Below, piece by piece: positions 1-14,379 of a stretch of 64,000 bases of DNA. The DNA is taken from the NCBI GenBank assembly GCA_964016885.1, contig OZ024757.1, forward strand, positions 26,784,001 to 26,848,000, in the 5' to 3' direction. The DNA is from Eledone cirrhosa (taxonomy: Eukaryota). Positions within the stretch are counted from its first letter, which is position 1, and every line of letters begins with the position of its first letter. A program made the translations under genes and the position numbers. The notes under the pieces are model-generated. The model saw only the letters and a list, made by a program, of their open reading frames with translations. It ran no database searches and was not told the origin of the DNA.

Positions 1-779
1 GGTCTCGCTGGAAATAGGGTCGGGGCGCTGAGGGTATTAGGTGGCCCCAAAAGTTTGAGAACCTCTGGCTTAAGGCATTCAAAGGACTTAAATCGGCACG
101 GCCCACAACCCCTCTTGCGGCGCAATCTAGCAGGTTGAGAGAGAGAGAGAATCCCACCGCACTCATAGGACTTGGCTAGTACTGTATCGTCCCTGGAAGA
201 AGGAAAGGCAAAGTTAACCTCGGTTAGATTTGAACTCAGAGCGTGGACAGCCTGAACAGATTCTGCCAGGCATTCTCTTTCCGGTCCTCTAACTTACTCT
301 TTACATGACAATAGAGTGGTAGGAGACCCAGGGGTCGACCCCGAGCAAGATGTTTGGGTAGCATCCATGAGCTTGGGTAACATCACGCTTGGAGATCCAG
401 TAAGATCTAGTGGAGACGGTTGCTTCTAACAGGACCAACTCGAAGGAGTCTTTGAGGACGGCCCCCTCAAGTGGGTGAAGCATAAGAAGAGGATTGAAAG
501 GCAGAGTTGACCTAGCCGAAATTTGAAGTGGGCGAAGAAGAGTGTGATTAGAGGAAGATTTGGCTGCTATTTCTAGCAATTCGAGCGATCACTTAGAGAG
601 AGGCTCTCTCTCGTCCTTCCTCTCTCTTTACTCTGTATGTAATGTATGCATGCATATGAAATGTACACGTTTCATGTGTTTCTTATTTAGCCTCTGGTCG
701 TCTCTGATGGAGTAGATCTAAGATAAAAAAAGACGTTCCACTTCTAACCATCTCGTCTTTTTTATATATCCACATCTAC

Positions 780-814
<35 letters not shown>

Positions 815-1728
815 TTAGTATGTTTGTGTTTACCTATTTTGTATGTGTATGAGTGTCTAATTCTTCTGTCGTTTAATGGTCTTGGAAGTAAAGTGTGAAC
901 GCCACAACTTCTCGTTTCCGACATTTCACCCTTCCACATACCCTGACCCCATCATCAATCAGTATCATACGTTAATTATGTCAGTTTTAAAAAGGAGGGC
1001 AGAGGAAGGGGGGATTAAAATAGACCAAAATATTTGAGTTAACCGGTGTCTAAAGATGGCCAGGGTGGAGAAAGATGTGGAATGGGAGAGTGAAAGATAG
1101 GACTAAGCGGGGGAGTGAAAGGTAAGACGACCGAGTGGTCAAAGAGGACTGAGTGAGGGGGGGTGGGGGTGAAAGATAAGAAGACTGGGTGAGAGTGAAA
1201 GCTAGGATAGCCGAGTGAGTAAGAGATAGTGAAAGAGAGGGAGGAAGAGAGAGATGAAAAAAGAAAAGAGATAGAGAGAGAGGGAGGGAGAAAGATAGAG
1301 AAAGAGAACAGAGAGATGAAGAAAGAGAGAGAGAAGAGAGATTGGGAGAAAGATAGAACAGAGAGATGAAGAAAGAAAGAGAGAGAGAAACAATCATATA
1401 GGGAGATTCAGTGAGAAAAATAGATAGGCACTATGTATAAGAATGAGAGATAGGGAGAGAAGGAAAAAAATCCAAACAGACATTAGAGATAAGAATAATG
1501 AGTAGGAGCCGAATTTTTTTCTCTTTTCTTCCTTCCTTCCTCTATATTTCTTTTATATTTAATCGTTATATATTTTTGGGTTATCACAATCAATTTTCTG
1601 CAAAAATAAAAGAGAAAGCACGCCATACCACCACTGTTATGAAATAAATGAAGATAGGGAAGTGTTGTGGTTTTGGCAGACGATCATTTGCAGCATGTCG
1701 TTTGTATGTCTGCATATGTAAATATGTC

Positions 1729-1784
<56 letters not shown>

Positions 1785-2611
1785 TATGCAAGCAGGGAAA
1801 AGCGGACGTAAAATCATGATGATGATGATGATATATGTATGTATGTATGTGTATTTGTGTATATATGTGTGTTTGTGGTCTATGTATATATATATATATA
1901 TGTTTGTATATGTATGTTTCTACATGTATGTATGTGTGTGTGTTTGTGATCTGTATGTGATATGTACGTATACATGTGTGTGTATGTGTGTTTGTTTGTA
2001 TGTATGGTTGTGTTCTCGGCTTACTATTTTATTTTAATTTTCCATTTTATTCAATATTAGATGTCTCTCTTATATTCCTTAACCAGTGGAGACCTGAACC
2101 ATTAATAATGACTGCAATAACGTTGAACGTATTTAATTTTAAGAGTTTAGGATTAGTTGGACAGATTATACGGGCAAAACCAACAGGGGTAGACCCCGAC
2201 CAAGATGGTTGGATAACATCCATGAGCTTGGCTGGTCACGCTTGGGGATCCAGGAGGATCAGTTGGAGACAATTGCTTCTGACAGGACCCACTGTGGAAG
2301 GAGTGTTTGAGGACTTTGCTCCCACGACCCTCACAGGAATAAGTGGGCGAAGACAAAATGTATATAGTGATGACACTGGTACCAAGCTGTCTCTGTCTTT
2401 CCTTTGGATAACAAGATATATTGCTGGACAGATTTTACAGGAGACCCAGGTATATACCTCGAGCAAGATGGTTGGATAACATGTATGAGCTTGGCTGGTC
2501 ACACTTGGGGATCCAGCCGGATCAGTTGGCGATGGCTGCTTCTCACAGGACCCCCTGGAAGGAGTGTTTGAGGACTCTGCCTCCACGACTTCCTCAGGAA
2601 TAAGTGAGTGG

Positions 2612-2885
2612 TGGAGAAGGCAAAGAAGAAAGAAGGAAAAGAAGGGAAAGAAGGCAAAGAAGAAAGAAGGAAAAGAAGGGAAAGAAGGCAAAGGAGAAGG
2701 AGGAAAAGAAGAAAGAAGGCAAAGGAGGAAAAGAAGAAAGAAGGCAAAGCAGGAGAAGAAAAAAGAAGGCAAAGCAGGAGAAGAAAAAAGAAGGCAAAGG
2801 AGAAGAAGGAAAAGAAGGCAAAGGAGGAGGAGAAGAAGAAGAAAAAGAAGAAAGAGAAGGCAAAGGAGAAAGAAGAAGAAGAATG
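2612..2885. repeat. GAA/AAGGCAAAG purine-rich repeat (expanded RTE tail)
   Basis: Begins exactly at the 3' end of an RTE fragment. Confidence 0.8.
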
Positions 2886-3269
2886 TGTATCCTAATGTAT
2901 ACCAGGTTTACTGGTTATCTGAATATCCATGTAAACTGGGACATTTGTGTTTTGATAAATTTTATAGTTTGTGTACTTTGATTGCTGCCATGTGGAGATG
3001 GTTAAATATAAAGTAAATATTTGAATTTATTTATTTCGAGGAAGCATCTAATTACTAAAATATGTTCAGCATATATGTACAAATGTCACCCTGTATTAAA
3101 TGTATGAATAACTTTGGAGAAATAACTATTTGCAGGGATAAATGTAGGGGCTAGAACACCCTGGCCCTTGTGATTGAAAAGTGAACTTCTTATCGTAGCA
3201 ATATAACAGAGATATCGTCACCGTCATCGTTTAATGTCCATCTTCCACGCTAGTATGTATGGGTTATAA

Positions 3270-4138
3270 ATAATAATAATAATGAAATTATTGTGTACTG
3301 TGCTCAGGTGCACTACAACTCATCAACGATGCATGTATAGTACATAGAATAATGTACAATTGTCAGGAAAATTAACAGTGTATGAGTCATGATATACATA
3401 TGTGCGTGTGTATGGAGGGGGAAAATCAGGTGTAATGTTGGCGAATTTCAGGAAGCATGGAGGTTTTAAAGGATGCAGTGTCTCGGCAGCTAACAACTGA
3501 TGCAGGTAGTTTGTTCCATGCTTCAGCAACTCTGAGCGCGAAAAAATGTTTCCGAAAGTCATGGGAACTGTGCTGTTTTCTGACTTTGTGGGCATGTCCA
3601 CGTGTGTTAGACACATGGAAATCAAAAAGGTACTCAGGGTTGTTGTTGGCAAGATGGTTAATAATTTTGTGGGTGTTTGTTTACCAAGTCAGTTGCCAGA
3701 CGTCAGCGCTTCAATGTATCCATGCCCAGGGAAGCAAGGTGTTCAGAGTATGGTAGATGCCTGAGGTCAATGTTCTGAGCAAGATAGGGGTTCCAGACTG
3801 GTGATGCAAATTCTAAGTGTGGCCACACCATAGCTATATACAGCTTTAAATAGATAGCTGGAGAGTGGCTGACAAAGGTCTTGCTGAGTGATGCTAAGAC
3901 ACTCTTGGCCTTCTTGACAATTTTAGAGACATGCTTCATCCAACACAAATCGCTGCTGACAGTAATGCCCAGGTCATGTTCACAAGAGGACTTCTTGATA
4001 TTAGTGTTGTGGAGGGGAGTCTGTGGATGCTGGGTTTTTCCTCCCAAAATGCATGGTGATACACTTGTCCACAGCCAACTTGAGTTGCCAGTCCGTGATC
4101 CATTGCTGCATTGTGTCCAGGTATGATTATAGGAAAGA
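3270..4138 (-). mobile_element. CR1-clade LINE, 5'-truncated and degenerate
   Basis: Translates to RT C-terminal motifs DLGITVSSDL, PHLEFASPVWNPYL, TRGH and FFALRVAEAWNKLP, and ends in an (ATT)n tail. Confidence 0.85.
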
Positions 4139-4139
4139 T

Positions 4140-4330
4140 CTATAGTGTTCAGTGGAGCAACGTGAAATGAAAGGATTTGCTGAAGAACACAACATGCAAT
4201 CCAGGAATGGAACACCCTTACCACCAGGCCACACACCTCCACACGCGTTACAATGGCTATTTCAATGCATCTCTCTCGCCATCCTCCATGACAATGCATT
4301 TTCCATTCTGTCCACTGGGACCGCAATGTT
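4140..4330 (+). mobile_element. Short CRE-like RLE C-terminal remnant
   Basis: WLFQCISLAILHDNAFSIL resembles the WLFQ.LSLAI.RGN..VL end of the element at 53840-54700. Confidence 0.45.
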
Positions 4331-5003
4331 GCCAATGCCTTGTGACCTCAGTGCCAAAGAGTGCTCCTCCCACTCTGTCCCAGCCGGTATCATTGGAGTA
4401 GTGATGTTTGAGCACGTTTTAGGGATTTAACTCTTTAGCATTTAAACCAGCTGTATACAGCCAGAATTCTCTCACCTCTTTCTGTTCAAACTGGGAATAA
4501 CTGGCTGCTCATACTTATGTTAAGGTATGTTCTTGAAATAAATAATATCAAAATCTCATAGATTCGATATTATGTGAGATAAAGTGTTTACCATGAAAAT
4601 ACAATAATTAATATAGAGTAATCCTAAAGGGTTAAATTGACCCCAGTACTTGAATTTATCGACCCTGATATTATGTGAGATAAAGCCTTTACTGCACAAA
4701 TACAATAGTAAATATAGAGTAATGTGAATGCTAAAGGGTTAAGGTAGCTGTGACAACACATAGGCAACAACAACAACAACAAAAACACCATGAATATCTT
4801 TATCAAGACTTAATACCTATACATTGAATGTCTACCTTTACATTTACTGTTTATTTATGTACCATAACATAGCTGTTCGACAAACAGAGATTGATAAAAG
4901 TAATTACTGAGGTCGGTCTGATCGACTAAATCCTTTGAAGGCGATGCCCCAGCATGGTCACATTCTAATTACTAAAACCTGTAAAAATATAAAAGAAAAA
5001 GAA

Positions 5004-5069
<66 letters not shown>

Positions 5070-5270
5070 CATCATCGTTTAACGTTTATCTTCCACGCTA
5101 GCATGGGTTATATATATATGTTCCTTCAATCTTTCTAATTTCTCATTCTTTCTTCTGATGAAGGACTAGCGTCTGAAATGTTAAGACTCTCTTCCTGCTA
5201 TTTCAAGTGTTAAACTAATATATTCCTTCTATATACTGTACTGTTTGTGTTGTTATTTATGTTTACCTTT

Positions 5271-5311
<41 letters not shown>

Positions 5312-5328
5312 GTGGTTACAATAATGTC

Positions 5329-5377
5329 CATTACGAGCTGAGGATCCGCTAAGGTGAAACAATTGTTCTCGGTATGG
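5329..5377 (+). ncRNA. Minimal type I hammerhead motif (Penelope-like style)
   Basis: CGAG-CTGAGGA-T-CC GCTAA GG-T-GAAA-CAATTG-T-T-CTCG. Stem III region is palindromic (ACAATTGT) and stem I extends via CCAT/ATGG. Confidence 0.65.
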
Positions 5378-5796
5378 TGAACTAACTGTTGTGTAACCAC
5401 TTCTACCTAACTCGTCCCATGGACTGAGTGCTCTACCACTACGGATATTACCTTCCAGTGTTCTACCACTATATATATATATATATATATATATAAATAT
5501 ATATATATACACACACATATATCCTTTGGTATTTGCTGTTGTCATCTACATAGATTGTTCGCAGTCATTTCTGTCTAAATCTAAAGGGTAAACTCTCTGA
5601 AACAAAGAATTTATTGTGTGAGAAGGGGGTTACCTTCCATAATTTGACTTCAGTTGCCTTTTTGCAACAGTATAAACGTGCGTCTGAATATGTATATATG
5701 TGTATGTTTGTATACATACACATCATTATAAATGAGTGTCTAGATATGTATGTGTTCACACATCAGCATATGTATGTGTGTGTATTTGGGTATGTA

Positions 5797-5849
<53 letters not shown>

Positions 5850-6914
5850 ACCCATCATCATTATTGCTGTCATTTAATGTTTGTTTTTCCAGGTAGCAAG
5901 GGTTGGACATGTTGTCACAGACAGTACATTTTATCATGACACCAGTACTAGCTAGGTAATCATGTCTTTAACCCTTTAGCATTTACATTACTCTATATAT
6001 ACTATTATATTTTCACAATAAAGGCTTTATCTCACATAATATTGGGTCTATGAGATTTTGATATTATTTATTTTGAGAACAATACCTTAACATCAGTATG
6101 AGTGGTCAGTTATGGACAGTTTGAACAGAAAGAGGTGAAAGAATTCTGGCTGGATATGGCTAGCTTAATTCTTTAGCATTTAAACTGGACATATCCGGCC
6201 AGAATTCTCTCACCTCTTTCTGATTAAACTGGCTGTAACTGGCCACTCATACTAATGTTAAGGTATTGTTTTGAAAATAAATAGTATCACAATCTCATAG
6301 ATTCAATATTATGAGAAAGAATTATGTGAGATAAAGCTTTTAGAAGGTTTGTTTACAGAAATGTTTTACATACTAGTACAACAGAGTCACCCATACCTGC
6401 ATATACACTGGCATGTATGTGTGTCTGTATGTATATGTATGTGTGTGTATATATATATATATATAAAGGCAATGACACAGGACAGTGACCTCTAGCGTTA
6501 CGCAGAAATACAGAAGACCCGACCTCCCATGGGTACAAGTCGAAGCTGAAGCATATAGACAATATGCCCCCACACCCTCCCACTGCAAAGTGCTTGTGGA
6601 GGTGCCACGGCAAAAAAGCACCCAGCACCCACTGTAAAGTGGACATGTAGGCGCCATGGAAAAAAGCACCCAGCACTCACTGTAAATGAGGTTGATGTTA
6701 GGAAGGGCATCCAGCTGTAGAAATCAAGCCAGAATCAGTTCCTGTATGAGCAAGACAAGGTAAACCGACTGGAGACTGCTCATAACAGGACAACCCATCT
6801 AACCCATGCTAGCGTGGAAGAACAGACGTAAAACGGTGATGAGATATATATATATTTATATATATATATGCATGTGTATATATATATATCTTCATATGTA
6901 TATATCTATGTATA

Positions 6915-7000
<86 letters not shown>

Positions 7001-7214
7001 TACACATACAGTTCAAGGAAACAACAAATAGAGGTACGAAAAGTCTTATATATATACAGAGACACACATACATGCCAGTGTATATGCATGTATGTGTAAC
7101 TCTGTTGTACTAGTATGTAAAACATTTCTGTAAACAACCCTACTAGCCTTGCTAACTATCTGTTACCTCATCCTGTCACCCCTTTTGTTTATTTCTCCTC
7201 CTTCTCTCACTCTC

Positions 7215-7990
7215 TCTCTGTAAAATGGTAGTGCTAGTGCCATATTCTAAAATGGTAGTGTTGCTGCAATGATAAAATGCATCCAGGCTACACAGTAAAA
7301 TGGTAATGCGTGTACAAGATAAAATGTGCCCAGTCCTCACTGTAAAATGTACCCAGTCCTCCCTGTAAAATGGTAGTGCTGGTACGTGATAAAATGCATC
7401 CAGCCTACACTGTAAAATAGTAGTGCTAATGCTTTATAAAATGCACCTCTGGAAGAACGGACGTAAAACGGTGATGATGATGATGATGATGATGACCTCA
7501 TCCATATTGTAAAATGGTAGTGTTGATATAATGAAAAATACAGTAAAATAGTAGTGCTAGTGCCATGATAAAATGCACCCAGCCCACATTTTAAAATGGT
7601 AGTGTTGATGTCATGATAAAAGTGTTGATACCATCATACAATATCCACAGTCCACACAGTAAAATTGTAATGCTAATGCCACAATAAAATACACCCAGTC
7701 CTCACTGTAAAATGGTAGTGTTGGTGACCTGATAAAATACACCCAGTCCTCACTGTAAAATGGTAGTGTTGGTGACCTGATAAAATACACCCAGTCCTCA
7801 CTGTAAAATGGTAGTGCTGATACCATCATACAATATCCACAGTCCACATTGTAAATTGGTAGTGTTGGTACCATGATAAAATGTATCCAGTTCATATTGT
7901 AAAATGGTAGTGTTGATGTCATGATAAAATGCACCAGGCCAACACTATAAGAGTAGAGCTGGTACCATGATAAAATGCACCCAGTCCACC
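7215..7990. repeat. About 51-bp minisatellite (CTGTAAAATGGTAGTG...ACCCAGTCC)
   Basis: Tandem degenerate units, visible as a 17-aa repeat in ORF 7611-7934. Confidence 0.85.
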
Positions 7991-8104
7991 CTGTCTGGTG
8001 GTAGCAGTGGTACCACGAGTAAACAAACAGAGTTCATGCCATGAAGTAGTTAGTGTTAGCAGACCTGTCAATTTTCCCTGTCCAACAGGGAGATCTCCCA
8101 CCCA

Positions 8105-9256
8105 ATTTGGGGTGGGTGAGAGATGTCTTCCTTGTGAAAATGGGTATAGCTTTCATTATGCAAAATCACCCCATTTTGCCTCATTTCTCCCTGTTTTAGG
8201 GCACATTTTTTCATGGTACTTTGGGGTGGGTGAGAGATGTTTTCTCTTGTGAAAATAGGTATAGCTTTCATTATGCAAAATCTCCCCATTTTGCCTCATT
8301 TCTCCCTGTTTTGGGGCACATTTTTTCATGGTACTTTGGGGTGGGTGAGAGATGTCTTCTCTTGTGAAAATAGGTATAGCTTTCATTATGCAAAATCTCC
8401 CCATTTTGCCTCATTTCTCCCCGTTTTGGGGCACATTTTTTCATGGTACTTTGGGGTGGGTGAAAGATGTCTTCTCTTGTGAAAATAGGTATAGCTTTCA
8501 TTATGCAAAATCTCCCCATTTTGCCTCATTTCTCCCCGTTTTAGGGCACATTTTTTCATGGTACTTTGGGGTGGGTGAGAGATGTCTTCTCTTGTGAAAA
8601 TGGGTATAGCTTTCATTAATCAAAATTTCCCCATTTTGCCTCATTTATCCCTGTTTTGGGGCACATTTTTTCATGGTACTTTGGGGTGGGTGAGAGATGT
8701 CTTCTCTTGTGAAAATAGGTATAGCTTTCATTATGCAAAATCTCCCCATTTTGCCTCATTTCTCCCTGTTTTAGGGCACATTTTTTCATGGTACTTTGGG
8801 GTGGGTGAGAGATATCTTCTCTTGTGAAAATGGGTATAGCTTTCATTATGCAAAATCTCCCCATTTTGCCTCATTTCTCCCTGTTTTGGGGCACATTTTT
8901 TCATGGTACTTTGGGGTGGGTGAGAGATGTCTTCTCTTGTGAAAATGGGTATAGCTTTCATTAATCAAAATTTCCCCATTTTGCCTCATTTATCCCTGTT
9001 TTGGGGCACATTTTTTCATGGTACTTTGGGGTGGGTGAGAGATGTCTTCTCTTGTGAAAATAGGTATAGCTTTCATTATGCAAAATCTCCCCATTTTGCC
9101 TCATTTCTCCCTGTTTTAGGGCACATTTTTTCATGGTACTTTGGGGTGGGTGAGAGATATCTTCTCTTGTGAAAATGGGTATAGCTTTCATTATGCAAAA
9201 TCTCCCCCATTTTGCCTCATTTCTCCCTGTTTTGGGGCACATTTTTTCATGGTACT
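8105..9256. repeat. 115-bp tandem repeat, 10 copies
   Basis: TTGGGGTGGGTGAGAGATG recurs every 115 bp with few substitutions. Confidence 0.95.
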
Positions 9257-9822
9257 CCCCATTTGTGTTTTTAGAGGTTGGCAGGTCCGCGTTAGGATGG
9301 GCATCCAGCCAGCCATAGAAACCATGCTAAAATAAAACATATGAGCAAGATACACTTGCGTGACATATCTGTCTTGTCTCATAACGTGACATATCTGTCT
9401 AACCTATTCAAGCATGGAAAATAGATCATGATTGTGACGATGATGATGTGTATGTCTGTGTGTGTATATATATTTATGTCTATATATGTGTGTGTATATA
9501 TGTAAATATATGTACATGTATGTGTATATATATATGTGTGTATATATGTATGTGTATATACGTATGTATGTATGTGTGTATGTATGTATATGTGTGTATA
9601 TATATATATGTAGGTGTATGTATGTATATGTGTGTATATATATATATATGTAGGTATATGTGTACATGTATATGTGTATATATATGTGTATATGTATATA
9701 TATAGATGTCCTCTTACTTTTCTAGACATCCCTTTCTCCTTCATCCCAGTAATATTCTCTCTCTCTTCTTCCCCACTTTAAAGGCATTGATTTTTCTGGC
9801 TATTTTATATTATAGATTTCTC

Positions 9823-11030
9823 TTTGGTGTTTGGTATTGATGGTGGTGGTGGTGTCGGTGTGTGGTGGTGGTGGTGTCGGTGTGTGGTGGTGGTGGTGTG
9901 TGGTGGTGGTGGTGGTGATGGTGGTGGTGTCGGTGTGTGGTGGTGGTGGTGGTGTTTAGTATTGATGGTGGAGTTGGTGGTGGTGTTTGGTATTGATGGT
10001 GGTGGTGTTTGGTATTGATGGTGATGGTGGTGGTGTTTGGTATTGATGGTGATGGTGGTGGTGTTGGTGTGTGGTGGTGGTGTTGGTGTGTGGTGATGGT
10101 GGTGGTGTGTAGTATTGGTGATGGTGGTGTTGGTGTGTGGTATTGGTGGTGGTGTGTGGTATTGATGGTGGTGGTGTTGGTGTTTGGTATTGATGGTGAT
10201 GGTGGTGGTGTTGGTGTGTGGTGGTGGTGTTGGTGTGTGGTGATGGTGGTGGTGTGTAGTATTGGTGATGGTGGTGTTGGTGTGTGGTATTGGTGGTGGT
10301 GTGTGGTATTGATGGTGGTGGTGTTGGTGTTTGGTATTGATGGTGATGGTGGTGGTGGTGGTGTGTGGTGATGGTGGTGGTGTGTGGTATTGGTGGTGGT
10401 GTGTGGTATTGGTGGTGGTGTGTGGTATTGATGGTGGTGGTGTTGGTGTTTGGTATTGATGGTGGTGGTGGTGGTGTGTGGTATTGGTGATGGTGGTGGT
10501 GTTGGTGTGTGGTATTGGTGGTGGTGTGTGGTATTGATGGTGGTGGTGGTGGTGGTGTTGGTGGTGGTGTGTGGTATTGATGGTGGTGGTGTTGGTGTTT
10601 GGTATTGGTGATGTTGGTGGTGTTTGGTATTGGGGGTGGTGGTGGTGTTATTGGTGGTGGTGGTGTTTGGTATTGTTGGTGTTTGTTATTGATGTGGTCG
10701 GCTTTGTTTGGTATTGTTGGTGGTGTTGTTCTTATTGTAGGTATTGTTTCTTATTGATGTGGTGTTGTTGTTGTTGTCTTTATTGGTGGTGGTGGTGGTG
10801 TTGTTATTGTCAGTATTATTTGTTATTGATGTAGTATTGTTATTGTTGGTGTTACTGTTGTTGTGGTGGTGGTGTTGTTGTTGTTATTGTTGGTGGTGTT
10901 GTTGGTGTTACTGTTGTTGTTGTGGTGGTGTTGTTGTTATTGTTGGTGGTGGTAGTGTTGTTGTTGTTGGTATTGTTTGTTATTGATGTGGTCAGCATTG
11001 TTTGATGTTGTTGTTGTTATTGATACTGTT
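9823..11030. repeat. GGT/GTT-rich low-complexity array
   Basis: (GGT)n/(GTT)n composition with an internal duplication of about 141 bp. Confidence 0.9.
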
Positions 11031-11082
11031 AAGTGTTGTTATGAGTTAGTTTTGTAATGTATCTGGTAAAATGATGGACTGT

Positions 11083-11083
11083 G

Positions 11084-11119
<36 letters not shown>

Positions 11120-11660
11120 TACATGGGTGGATAGACAGATAGATATCTACATGGGGAGATAGATAGTTAGACAGACGGATAGATAGACAGACAGACGGAT
11201 AGATGAATAGATAGACAGATAGTTAGTAAAATAGATGGATGGACAGATAGATAGGCAGACAGACGGACGGATGGATGGATAGACAGATAGGCAGACAGAT
11301 GGATGGATGGATAGACAGACGGACGGATGGATGGATGGATGGATAGACGGACGGACGGACGGACGGACGGACGGACGGACGGACGGACGGATGGATGGAC
11401 AGATAGATAGATTTCTTTATTAGCCACAAGGGCGCAACAAGAAAGGGGACAATACAAAGACAGATAGATAGACAGACAGACGGACGGATGGATGGATAGA
11501 CAGATAGATAAACAGAAGACAGATAGACAGACAGATAGATAGACAGGCAGATAGATAGATGGATAGATAGACAGAAGACAGATGGATAGACAGACAGACA
11601 GACAGACACAGATGGATGGATAGATAGTGAGAGAGATAGACATAGACAGAGAGATTGATA
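11083..11660. repeat. Compound GACA/GATA/GACG/GATG tetranucleotide microsatellite
   Basis: Seen directly in the sequence. Confidence 0.9.
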
Positions 11661-12008
11661 GGTATATGGATAGTGAGAGAAGGAAGAGGGATAGACAAAA
11701 GAAAGCAGACACTGATATGTAATGAAGCAGGCCTGAAAAACAGGTTCCGGGGATCAAATTGCTAAAATAATTGATTAAAAACTGCAGAGAGTTTGTGTCT
11801 GTCGGACATTTGTCAACATTTTCCATCCATACAATGGAGTGTATGTGTATGTGTATGTGTATATGTGCATACATGTGTGTGTGTGTGCATATGTGTATGT
11901 GGGTGTGCATGTGTGTGTATATGTATGTGTGCATATACGAGTGTATGTACATGTGCGCATGAGTGCAAATAGCCTGTAATGTTTTGGTCCTCCTCCTCAT
12001 AATATATA

Positions 12009-12087
12009 CAGGGTGTCCCCCAAAAATGTATACACACTTCAACAACATTCTAATAAATATGTATATACATTTTGGGGAAACACCCTG
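12009..12087. mobile_element. 79-bp Tc1/mariner-type hairpin MITE
   Basis: TA-CAGGGTG...CACCCTG-TA with long imperfect TIRs. Copies at about 20819-21043 (three tandem), 34768-34848, 49009-49078, 49426-49500, 51206-51332, 53742-53813, 56314-56418 and 57359-57437. Confidence 0.8.
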
Positions 12088-13510
12088 TAGTTCAACCTGA
12101 CGTTTTAAATAACAGAAATAACAGTAATACCAACAAACGGACCTAATAACTAGGAAACCTCTACACAGATGCTCGACCTGGTTAATTTAACACTGGAAGG
12201 GCCCATCCCTTTCCCAGGGTTGGATTTTGACCTTGTGGGTGCCTGGGACACTTCAGATTTAGGGGCCCCTCATACACAACAAACCCCACCAATTTTACAT
12301 ATCAAAGTTAGCTTGGAGCAAGTAATTGGAATTGAAAAGTTATAGATGTAGGTATTAGATTAAAACATTCTAACCATCCTAAAACTAAAAAGCCCAGCTG
12401 AGGGCACAAATAAATTGCTGGTGGGTTCCCCACTGCAGGGGCCCAGGGCAATTGCCCCTTTCCTCCCATCATTAATTCCTGCCCATTCCTCTCCAGGTCT
12501 GTCTGAACACTGATTACTTCCAGAGAAGAAGAGAGAGAGAGAGAGATAGAGATAGACAGAGTGAGAGAGTGTATATACAGAGGAAGAATAAACCCTAGTA
12601 CTAGACTGATACATTTTTCTTTTATCTACTTTGAAAGGATGAAAAAGCAAAGTTGACCTCAGCAGGATTTGATCATTAAGTGCAGACAACTACAACTAAT
12701 ACTACAAAGCATTTTATTTGACGTTGTAATGACTCAGCTAATTCACCATAATCAGCCCTAGATATATTGAAATAAATAGACCCTCCACCCATCCTAATAT
12801 AAAAACATGTTTACATGCTACACCTATATAGGTTTAACTGATCTCATGGGAGGTTTTCTTGGCTTTAACACTTTAGCATCTAAACCGGCCGTATACGGCC
12901 AGAATACTCTCACCTCTTTCTGTTCAAACTGGCTTTAACTGGCCACTCATAACAACATTAAGGTATTGTTCTCAAAATAAATAATATCAAAATCTCATAG
13001 ATTTGATATGTGAGATATTTATGTGAAGTAAAAAAAAAAGGTACAAAACTGTACTATGACTGTATAACATTAACCCTTTAGCATTTAAACCAGCTGTATC
13101 TGGTCAGAATTCTCTCACCTCTTTCTGTTCTAACCAGTCATAACTGGCCACTCATACCAACGTTAAGGTATTGTTCTCAAAATAAATATCAAAATCTCAT
13201 AGATTTGATATTATGTAAGGTAAAGCCTTTTCTGTGAAAAGACAATAGTAAATATAGAGTAATGTAAATGCTAAATGGTTAACTGATCTCATAGGAGTTT
13301 TTTTGTGGGGTGCTTAATGAAGGAGGCCACAATCCTCTCCTGAAAAGCTGTGTGAAATAGTGTATTGGTTGAGAACACAAAAGGCTGCTTGGTCAAGGAA
13401 TCGAACCAATGGCCATTAGTGAAACACAAAATGGCATGCAGTAGTGTCCTAGCTCCTTAGGTTTGGAGTAAAAATCTTACTGAGGACATCCATGCCTTAC
13501 TCCCTCCTGA

Positions 13511-13561
<51 letters not shown>

Positions 13562-13687
13562 ATTCTGTACGAGCGAGACACAGTCACCCGACCAATCTTG
13601 CCTCAAGATGGATAAACCCGTCTAACCCATGCTAGTGTGGAAGATGGATGTTAAACGATGATGATGATGATGATGTGTGTATGTGTA

Positions 13688-13726
<39 letters not shown>

Positions 13727-13828
13727 TATTCATCATCATCTTACATCTGCTTTTCGTTGCTTGCAAAGATGGGACTATATATACATATATATATATATAT
13801 ATTTAATGTACACTTTCCATGTGTATAT

Positions 13829-13877
<49 letters not shown>

Positions 13878-13910
13878 AATATATATAAATATATATATAT
13901 ATATATAAAT

Positions 13911-13978
<68 letters not shown>

Positions 13979-14379
13979 GTGGAAAGTGGACATTAAATGA
14001 TGATGATATATGGATAATACAATAATTCATTGATTTTTTTTTTTTCACCCTCTTTATCATTTACAGGTCTGGTCTGATAGCTGTCAGGACACCCAATGTC
14101 TCTTCTATATAGCTGATGGAAAATACTGTAATATACACATAACATTTATTTTACACGTGCTTAAAAAAGGCCCTTAAAAAACAATCAAAAATTTGTTAAT
14201 ACTATTTTCTGACTTGCTTTATAACAATTTTTCGTGTTTTCATCATTCCTTCTTCAAAAGCCACTATTTTGAAGGACTAACTATAGATTGTGGTATAGTT
14301 GATGTTCCTGTTGTTTGTATTTCACTCGTGTCTTTGTTATCTACTTTAGAGACTGATTCCAGTTAGTGGTCATTAATAT

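Noticed and set aside
2236-3016. Lys/Glu/Arg-rich ORFs
   Set aside because: They come from a purine-rich simple repeat at an RTE tail.
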